DNA of 61,794 nucleotides, from the NCBI GenBank assembly GCA_947364715.1, contig CANAUI010000005.1, positions 1-61,794 of the forward strand, read 5' to 3'. Shown here piece after piece: positions 37,933 to 45,120 of this stretch. The notes under the pieces are model-generated. The model ran no database searches. It worked only from the letters and a program-made list of their open reading frames with translations, and was not told where the DNA came from. The translations under genes were made by a program, and so were the position numbers. Within the stretch, counting starts at the first letter, position 1, and each line of letters begins with the position of its first letter. Source of the stretch: an uncultured Clostridium sp. (GTDB lineage Bacteria; Bacillota; Clostridia; TANB77; CAG-508).

Positions 37933-39486
37933 TTAAGACATCTTTTTAAGTCTTAATAAAAATTCTATACATTCACTCATTTTGCCTTTTCCAAAATTTT
38001 TATCTAAGAAATCAATATATCCATCAATTTCATCTCTAATTAATGTTAAGTTTAATCCTTCAAATTTTCTTAATACTTTTTTTGCCATGAAATAATCTAC
38101 TGCTTCTGTTTCGTCTCCTCCACATGCTACATATACTGGCACAAATTTTCTCATATGTTTTACAATACGGTTACCAAATGCAACTCTAAAATGTTTGATT
38201 GTATAATCATCCATATCTTCTATCTTTTTCAGAGTTGATGGTGATATTGCATAATCTGTCATTGCTTTTTCAAATAGTCCATTTAAATATGAATAATTTA
38301 CATCAAGAGCATCTACATCGTCTGGTTCAAATGCTATACCTTTTTCATTAATATCTATAGGCATTGCTCTATCATATACCTTATCTGTTACCATAAATGT
38401 TGAGTCATCATTATTAATTGTTCCTATATACCATGCATTAGGTGGAATTTGTAGTTTTCCTTTTATTAATTTTTTTGGGTCAGTTGGCCATGAACTTTGT
38501 ACTATTTCAATTTTCCAATCTTTTGTACTGTGCATTTCTAGAATAGATAACATTTCTGCAAAATAATATTCCACACGTGCTAAGTTCATTTCATCAAGTA
38601 TTACTGTATATATTTCGTCTGTATATCCTGATTCATATAAATATGCTAAAAAGTCTGTTTCATTAAACTTTTTGGTAAATTCATTTAAATATCCAAAGAT
38701 ATCTGTTCTATCTCTCCAAGAGGGTTGTACAGATGCAACACATGATGGATGTTTTACAAAGTTACCCCATGCTAGTGATATAGATGTTTTACCAGTACCA
38801 GAAATACCTTGTAAAATAACAAGTTTTGTTGAGGCAATTGCTGATACAAATAGTCTAATCATTTTTTCACTATAATATAATCTTAATTTGCTTGCAGCAA
38901 AATGTCTAAACATATAACAGAATTCTGGTAATGTAAAATTATTACGATAATCTTTTTGTTTATATTTTGCAAATTCTTCGTCTAACATTGTTAATTTAGA
39001 GAATCTACTTTGACTATTTGGGTCAATTTGTTCTTCATCATTAGATTCTGCTTGTGTAGCCCCCATTCCAGCTCTCTCTAGTCCTGTACTAATTCCATTT
39101 GGATTTACACCTAATTCTGGTGTTTTCATAGATAATAATTTTAATTTTTCATCTACTAATTCTTCTACTTGTCCATTTAATGTATCAATTTGTTTTAATA
39201 ATTCTTCTTGATTAATAATCTTTTTTCTCCATTTTATATGTCTTTTTAAGAAAAATAAAATTATGCCAGCAATTCCACCAATAATAATAAACATACATAT
39301 AATTGCTATTCCTGTTAATAACCATTCTGATACATTAAAATCATTTGCATAATGTTTAATAATTCCCCAATACTCTGGTATATTAAATATATTTACAATC
39401 CCATTCCATAATCCACCAAATATTTCTTTAATTCCAGAAAAAAACTGGTTTAAAAATTCAAATAAAAATCTTCCATATGTTTCCAT
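37933..39486 (-). CDS. Membrane-tethered McrB/COG1401-family AAA+ NTPase
   Basis: One TM helix (LLTGIAIICMFIIIGGIAGIILFFL) and a coiled coil (EELLKQIDTLNGQVEELVDEKLKLL). Walker A GISGTGKTS, Walker B/signature ILDEMNLARVEYYFAEMLSILE, GTINNDDSTFMVTDKVYDRA. Confidence 0.8.
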   Translation of the reverse strand: METYGRFLFEFLNQFFSGIKEIFGGLWNGIVNIFNIPEYWGIIKHYANDFNVSEWLLTGIAIICMFIIIGGIAGIILFFLKRHIKWRKKIINQEELLKQIDTLNGQVEELVDEKLKLLSMKTPELGVNPNGISTGLERAGMGATQAESNDEEQIDPNSQSRFSKLTMLDEEFAKYKQKDYRNNFTLPEFCYMFRHFAASKLRLYYSEKMIRLFVSAIASTKLVILQGISGTGKTSISLAWGNFVKHPSCVASVQPSWRDRTDIFGYLNEFTKKFNETDFLAYLYESGYTDEIYTVILDEMNLARVEYYFAEMLSILEMHSTKDWKIEIVQSSWPTDPKKLIKGKLQIPPNAWYIGTINNDDSTFMVTDKVYDRAMPIDINEKGIAFEPDDVDALDVNYSYLNGLFEKAMTDYAISPSTLKKIEDMDDYTIKHFRVAFGNRIVKHMRKFVPVYVACGGDETEAVDYFMAKKVLRKFEGLNLTLIRDEIDGYIDFLDKNFGKGKMSECIEFLLRLKKMS

Positions 39487-39601
39487 GTTTTATTTCTCCT
39501 GTTTCTTTATATTGTTTTTTCCTATTGTCTTTGATTTATTTTTTGCTATTTATCTTATGTTTTTTTATTACACTACATTTTTTGTTTTAAGTGCTTTATT
39601 T

Positions 39602-40648
39602 TTATATGAATAGCACATTATTGAACATTTCTTTATGAGTTTTTATTTCTCTACACAATGCCAATTTTTGAGGTACAATTACTATTTTAAACATTTTTAA
39701 TTTTTCTACATCTTCTATACTTTTTACCATATTATCTAATGTAATTGTAAAATTGTATCCTTTTTTTATGTATTCCAATACTATTTTTTGATTGTGAATA
39801 TAATCAGAATATAAAATATTTAAATTAATTTTATCTTGTAATGCTTGATTTGCAAGAATAGATAAAATACTATCTAATTTTTGTTTCTTTTTTAATAAAG
39901 TACTTGCAAATTCTGCAATATATGTATCTACAAAATTCCCATTTATAATGTCTGAAATAACTACCAAACTTAGCAATATATATTCTACTTTTAACTTGTC
40001 TTCTGCTATAATTCCTTCGTGATATACTTTTTCTATGGCTGTTTGACTATATTGCATTGGCATTTTTACCTTTTGTTTCAAAGTAGCAAAATAAATTTCA
40101 TCATTATTTTTGCTATTTTCAAATTCTAATACAAATTCATCTGTATCAAATTTATCTAAAAATATTTCTTTTTCAAGCATGTCATGTTTTATATCTTCAT
40201 ATAGTTTTTTTTCTACACTTTGTGAAATATCTATTTTAAATAGTTTTTTTGCTGTTTCTACCATTTTAGCAATAATTTCTTTTATATTATCAATTGTTTT
40301 AAAGTTTTCTACATTTCTAACATTGTCAAAAAACAAAATATATGAAAATAATTCTTTTAAATTATGAATTTTGTTTAAATTGTTTCTCTTCTCGTCTAAA
40401 GTCTCTGCCTCTTCTTCACATTTTTTCATTAAAATATCTTCTTTATATTCTAGTTCTTCTAATATTCTTAAATAAAATGCTCTGGCAGGTGTATCTGTAT
40501 TTTGAATATTATAATATCTTGCATTAATATATGTTTTTAAATATTCATCTACTAATTCTTCATCATATTCTTTTACTAATAATGTCTTTATATATTTTTT
40601 TATTTTCTTTTTTGTAAATGTTATATATGTATCCATTAAATTATTCAT
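39602..40648 (-). CDS. Cytoplasmic protein of unknown function (348 aa)
   Basis: No TM or signal segment, helical K/E-rich text. No motif recognised. Confidence 0.45.
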   Translation of the reverse strand: MNNLMDTYITFTKKKIKKYIKTLLVKEYDEELVDEYLKTYINARYYNIQNTDTPARAFYLRILEELEYKEDILMKKCEEEAETLDEKRNNLNKIHNLKELFSYILFFDNVRNVENFKTIDNIKEIIAKMVETAKKLFKIDISQSVEKKLYEDIKHDMLEKEIFLDKFDTDEFVLEFENSKNNDEIYFATLKQKVKMPMQYSQTAIEKVYHEGIIAEDKLKVEYILLSLVVISDIINGNFVDTYIAEFASTLLKKKQKLDSILSILANQALQDKINLNILYSDYIHNQKIVLEYIKKGYNFTITLDNMVKSIEDVEKLKMFKIVIVPQKLALCREIKTHKEMFNNVLFI

Positions 40649-40732
40649 TTATTATATCATCCCTTTCTCTATGCACAAATCAAATTGCAAAAGAATTAAA
40701 TCTTAGCAAAATAATGAGGTCAACACAAGGTA

Positions 40733-41305
40733 TTATATAATTTGTTCTGCATTAATATCTAATTTTATATATTCAATTAAATCAGAATATTCTGCATTTG
40801 TATCATTTTCTTTTGGAAATGTTACTTTAATAACATAATTATCTGTCAAATCTTCTCCTTGTATCATTTGTGATGGTTCTATTATAATTTCTTTGTAATG
40901 TGTACCATCTTCATCTGTAATTATATCTTGTTGTGTGGTTAAAATTTCACCATTTTTTTCTATTATATATTCTAATGGTAAATTTGTTGTTGTTGTTATT
41001 TTTAAATTATATTCTAAATCTGTTTCTGCTCTTTTTCTTATTGTTCCTTCTTCATTTGCTTCAAAATTTGATACTGAAAAAGAATAGTCAAATGAATTAT
41101 TTGATGGATATACATCTTCTATAATTATACTTGCTGTTTGAAAATCATCTTTAAACATCCAAAAAGCAATATCTACGTCTTTTTGTGACATTGCCATTGT
41201 TTCATATCTTGATAATGTATTTTTTATAAAAATAATAGCTATTATAATAATTGCTATTAAAAAAAGTATTATAATACTTTTTTTTAATTTTTTCTTATCC
41301 AACAT
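40733..41305 (-). CDS. Secreted protein with class-2 SipW-like signal (TLSRY)
   Basis: RBS GGTGAG before the ATG at 41305. KKSIIILFLIAIIIIAIIFIKNTLSRYET then DIAFWMF. Overlaps the 3' end of SipW paralog 2. Confidence 0.55.
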   Translation of the reverse strand: MLDKKKLKKSIIILFLIAIIIIAIIFIKNTLSRYETMAMSQKDVDIAFWMFKDDFQTASIIIEDVYPSNNSFDYSFSVSNFEANEEGTIRKRAETDLEYNLKITTTTNLPLEYIIEKNGEILTTQQDIITDEDGTHYKEIIIEPSQMIQGEDLTDNYVIKVTFPKENDTNAEYSDLIEYIKLDINAEQII

Positions 41306-41819
41306 CTTTTTTCTCACCTATTTTTTCTTTATATGAAATCAATAATATAAATAATATAATTGTTATTACTATTGATATAATAACATATTTATCTGAAAAT
41401 ACTTTTTTCCAGACTTCTACATTATTAAAAATGTATACAGATTTACCTATAACTTGACTTTTTTCTATTGGCTCATCCTGAATATTATTATAATCACCTT
41501 TTGTAATAATCATATCTCCATCTATTTTTTCTATTCTATGTGTAATTAGTACATTATCTTGCTTATATGTTATAATATCTTTTTCCTTTATTTCATCACC
41601 TATTTTAATTATTATAATATCACCTTTTTTTATTGTTGGTGACATACTACCAGTTTCTGTACTAAGTATAGAAAATCCAAATATATTTATATATTCTTTA
41701 TTTTGTATGTTTAATTGTATAAATCCCCATATTGCAAGAATAGCAATGACACTTAATACAAAAATTATTAGATTTATAATTACTTTTTTAATAATTTTTA
41801 ATATTTTATCCGTTTTCAT
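41295..41819 (-). CDS. sipW: SipW-type signal peptidase paralog 2 (canonical motifs)
   Basis: TGSMSPTI, ITHRI, TKGDYNNIQDEP. N- and C-terminal TM helices. Overlaps both neighbours. Confidence 0.85.
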   Translation of the reverse strand: MKTDKILKIIKKVIINLIIFVLSVIAILAIWGFIQLNIQNKEYINIFGFSILSTETGSMSPTIKKGDIIIIKIGDEIKEKDIITYKQDNVLITHRIEKIDGDMIITKGDYNNIQDEPIEKSQVIGKSVYIFNNVEVWKKVFSDKYVIISIVITIILFILLISYKEKIGEKKDVG

Positions 41820-42450
41820 CGCTTATCACTTCTCCTGTATATTGTTTTAAATTAATTTCTAATGGTATAGATATTTTTGCATTTTCTATTTTTCCTAATT
41901 CTGAATCAGTTTCATTATTTTCTTCTAAATTTTCCCACTCAAAATATAACCTTACATAATTTATATATTTATCATTTATCTTTTCTAGTGGAATTATTGC
42001 TTTATGTTCATTACTTTCATTATTTGTATATATATTATCATTTAAAACTTGTTCTGTTTCTTCATTTTTTTTAAAATAATTTTCTACATTTACTAATTTA
42101 AAATTAGCAGTTGTTACCATGTCTAATTTTATGTTAAGTGTGTATAAAACTGATACATCTGTATTTGTTGGGTCTATAGCAATTTCAAAATATGCTTGTG
42201 ACCCTGGTGCTATTTTTTGACTTTTAACATGTTCAGAATTTATATATATAAGGTTGTCCTCTGTCATGTTAAAAGTCAAATTTTCGTCACCTGAAGATAG
42301 GTCTGATTCATTTACTTTTATAGACCATACTCCTAATAAATTTCTATATTCCCCTTCTAATTTGTCTTTATATAAAGCATACATATTAGTTATTCGGAAT
42401 ATAGTTATTATTAGCATTATTAATACTAGAATTCTTAATAATTTCTTCAT
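41806..42450 (-). CDS. Secreted protein with class-2 SipW-like signal (MYALY)
   Basis: LRILVLIMLIITIFRITNMYALYKDK then GVWSIKVNESD. C-terminal YFEWENLEENNETD motif. Confidence 0.55.
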   Translation of the reverse strand: MKKLLRILVLIMLIITIFRITNMYALYKDKLEGEYRNLLGVWSIKVNESDLSSGDENLTFNMTEDNLIYINSEHVKSQKIAPGSQAYFEIAIDPTNTDVSVLYTLNIKLDMVTTANFKLVNVENYFKKNEETEQVLNDNIYTNNESNEHKAIIPLEKINDKYINYVRLYFEWENLEENNETDSELGKIENAKISIPLEINLKQYTGEVISDENG

Positions 42451-42453
42451 TTA

Positions 42454-43461
42454 CTATTCCTCTTTTGATGATTTTGTAGCTCTTGGTTTACGAGTACTTG
42501 TGGCTGTAGCTGTTGATGTTTTTCTTGTTGTTCCTGTTTTTGTTGCTGTACTAGCTTTTGTAGTTGTTCCTGTTCTTTTTGCTGTACTAGTTTTTGTAGT
42601 TGCTCCTGTTCCTTTTGCTGTACTAGTTTTTGCAGTTGCTCCTGTTCTTTTTGTTGTACTAGTTTTTGCAGTTGCTCCTGTTCCTTTTGCTGTACTAGTT
42701 TTTGTAGTTGTTCCTGTTGTTTTTGTTGTACCAGTTTTTGTAGTTGTTCCTGTTTTTCTTGCTGTGCTAGTTTTTGCAGTTGTTCTTGTTTTAGTATTTG
42801 TTCTTGTAGCTGTATTTGTTTTTGGACTTGTTTTTCTAGTTTTTACAACTGGCTCTTCATATTCTTCCTCGTCATATTCCTCTTCTTCATATTCTTCTTC
42901 ATCATAATATTCTTCTGATTCAATTTCTATTGCATTTTTCTTCTTTTGCTTGTTAAGATATTTAATTTCCATAACTAATTCAAATACTTCTTGTAAGAAT
43001 AGTAATAATGATACAACTACTATACAGAATAAATATCCCCATTTAGATTCTAATATATTTAATATATATCCCCAACCTTCTATAACAATTGTATCTTCAA
43101 CTTTTCCTATAAAATAGTCACTTGCATAACTTTCTTCATCATCTACAATATATACATTATGTCTTCCTTGTTGAGTTTTTGCTTGTAATGTTGTATTTAT
43201 AACTTCATATTCTGAACTATTCAGTACTTTATACATGAATACTTCATCTCCAATTTGTACATTTTTGTCATTTGTTTCTTTTATTAATAATATAGACCCT
43301 TGTTTATATTCAGGCTCTAATGAATCATCTGTAACTATATATATTGTGTATTCTCCAATTACACTATTGTTATAATCATTATATGATAATAATAAAACTG
43401 TAACTGTAATAGCAATAATCGCATATATTACAAATAATATAGTTCCTAGTACTTTTTTCAT
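42454..43461 (-). CDS. Divergent SipW-like paralog 1 with long acidic plus Thr/Lys-repeat C-terminal tail
   Basis: N-terminal TM, DDSLEPEY (Ser motif with M to L), GRHNVY in place of THR(I/V), no KGDNN. Second TM, then EEYYDEEEYEEEEYDEEEYEE and ~130 aa of (T/A)KTSTAKxTGxT repeats. Start taken at the second ATG (43461, RBS GGAAGAG). Confidence 0.55.
   Translation of the reverse strand: MKKVLGTILFVIYAIIAITVTVLLLSYNDYNNSVIGEYTIYIVTDDSLEPEYKQGSILLIKETNDKNVQIGDEVFMYKVLNSSEYEVINTTLQAKTQQGRHNVYIVDDEESYASDYFIGKVEDTIVIEGWGYILNILESKWGYLFCIVVVSLLLFLQEVFELVMEIKYLNKQKKKNAIEIESEEYYDEEEYEEEEYDEEEYEEPVVKTRKTSPKTNTATRTNTKTRTTAKTSTARKTGTTTKTGTTKTTGTTTKTSTAKGTGATAKTSTTKRTGATAKTSTAKGTGATTKTSTAKRTGTTTKASTATKTGTTRKTSTATATSTRKPRATKSSKEE
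42500..42800. repeat. In-frame 36-bp tandem repeats (at least 7 units) encoding the Thr/Lys-rich tail
   Basis: Plus-strand units such as gttgctcctgttccttttgctgtactagtttttgca recur head-to-tail with few substitutions. Confidence 0.8.
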
Positions 43462-43521
43462 TTTTTCTCTTCCTTGCATTTTTTATTTAGGTTTTTATAT
43501 GGTTTTGCCTATAAACCTTTT

Positions 43522-43962
43522 TTAATTTTTTACTTTTTGTAATTGTATTGATTGTGTACCTGTCAAATTCCCATTTAATATAACACTAATATCATATTGC
43601 TCACCAACTCCTAAACTTTGTATCCAAGTTGGCATTTGTCCTAATGTCTTTCCTTTAGCATCTAATAAAATTGCATTTAAACTTTCGTTTTCTACAATAT
43701 TTGTTCTTGTATTTACAATAGACATTGACACCATAGTTTTATCTTGTTCTTCTAAATATTCCATATAGATATCTTTTACTTCCATACCACTATATGTTGT
43801 ATCTGGTAATGGTATTGTTGTTTGTTGTTCTCCTACTGTTTCATCTTTATCTTTGTTTCCTTTTTTTACAATAATAATCACAATAGATACTATAATAATA
43901 ATTGCTATAAGGGCTATTAATAATATTCTCATCATTTTTTTACCTTTTCTTGCTCTTCTCAT
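43522..43962 (-). CDS. Small TM-anchored extracytoplasmic protein (146 aa)
   Basis: RBS AAGGAGG. Basic N-terminus, one TM helix, then a ~100-aa beta-rich domain. Confidence 0.5.
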   Translation of the reverse strand: MRRARKGKKMMRILLIALIAIIIIVSIVIIIVKKGNKDKDETVGEQQTTIPLPDTTYSGMEVKDIYMEYLEEQDKTMVSMSIVNTRTNIVENESLNAILLDAKGKTLGQMPTWIQSLGVGEQYDISVILNGNLTGTQSIQLQKVKN

Positions 43963-44051
43963 ATTATCCTCCTTTTCTACATTTTTTTATAATTTTCTAC
44001 TTTATTTTATATCATAACTTTTTTTCAAAGTCTATACTTTTAGCGAAAAAT

Positions 44052-44086
44052 AAAAAAATAGTATGTTTGTTAATAAAACATACTAT
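44052..44086 (-). terminator. Rho-independent terminator after the frameshifted gene
   Basis: Minus-strand ATAGTATGTTT-tattaac-AAACATACTAT followed by TTTTTT. Confidence 0.55.
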
Positions 44087-44091
44087 TTTTA

Positions 44092-44962
44092 TCATTCATC
44101 ACTTACTATAATAACAGATGTTGTATCACCTGAAGGATATGTATAATCCTGAGACATGTCTACTTTATAAAATTTAATTTTTTTAGCAGACTCCTTATTC
44201 ATAGAAAAAACAAACTTTTTCACATATCCATTTGAATCAAGTTCTTCACTACCATCTACTCTATTAATATATGCCTCATCATTTAAGTCTATTCTAACCA
44301 CATTAGTATCAAATCTTAATGAAACATTTCCTCCTGTTTCATGAGTATTAACCATATTTAACATCAAATAATTTCTATTAGCAACATCTTCTATGTTGTA
44401 ACTATTTGCTAAAATTTGTTGTATTCTTAACGAAATCTCACAAGAAATTTCTTTTTTGTATGGTTCTTGTGTACTAGCCTTAATTTTTATAGTAACAATA
44501 TCATTTTGTTCAATTTGTGTTTTAGGTTTTACTACAATCTTAATTCTGCTAACATTATCTGGTGTATCAGCATTCCTAGAATAGATAATTCCTGTTGTTT
44601 CTGTTGGTCCATCTTCTTCATTAATTCCGTAATGTTATTTTATCTGTATCTGGTGTTTCACACGAAAGTTGATATTCTAAGTCATATTCTAATCTTAATA
44701 ATGTATTTTGATAACTATATAAATCAAAATTGATTTCATAATTATCAACACCACCCCAATTTTCATATTGATATGTTGCATTATCAAGAGTTAACAAATC
44801 ACTTGTAAAATAGAATGCTTTTGAAGTAAAATATGCTTCTCTTGCTTGATAATATACATATCTTCCAAATACAGAACATGTTATAACTAGTACTATTGCC
44901 AAAAATAGTATTATAATATTTCTTATTTTATTAAACTTTCTGATTCTTGCATGTTTTTTCAT
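44092..44962 (-). pseudogene. Secreted protein with class-2 signal (FGRY), split by a frameshift near 44621-44635
   Basis: ORF 44621-44962 ends ...DTDKITLRN*. The adjacent frame is open from CAT TAC GGA ATT AAT GAA... (INEEDGPTETTG...) straight into ORF 44092-44367. Joined product would be about 290 aa. Confidence 0.6.
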
Positions 44963-45074
44963 TTTTTATCTTTCTTGTATATTATATTTAGGTTTTTAGG
45001 TCACCTATAAACCTTTTCTGTTTTAACTTTATTAAAATTATTCTTTAAGTTTGAATAATTTTAATATATACTTC

Positions 45075-45094
45075 CTGGGACATTTCTGTCCCAG
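45075..45094 (-). terminator. Weak hairpin after the giant gene
   Basis: CTGGGACA-tttc-TGTCCCAG, no clean U-tract. Confidence 0.3.
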
Positions 45095-45120
45095 TTGTAT
45101 AATATTTCTGTTATTAGTCT

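Noticed and set aside
37933-39486. Reading the McrB-like NTPase plus downstream gene as a classical McrBC restriction/defence cassette
   Set aside because: Not favoured. The NTPase has a TM helix instead of a DNA-binding N-domain, and the partner shows no PD-(D/E)xK motif by eye. The pair is translationally contiguous with a SipW gene in a co-directional operon. A defence role cannot be fully excluded without profile searches.
42254-42907. 217-aa plus-strand ORF rich in V/A/F/L (VAVAVDVFLVVPVFVAVLAFVV...), which looks like a polytopic membrane protein
   Set aside because: It is the antisense reading of the 36-bp Thr/Lys repeat and the EEY-acidic region of the minus-strand SipW-like gene 42454-43479. 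It has no RBS, and all flanking genes are on the minus strand.
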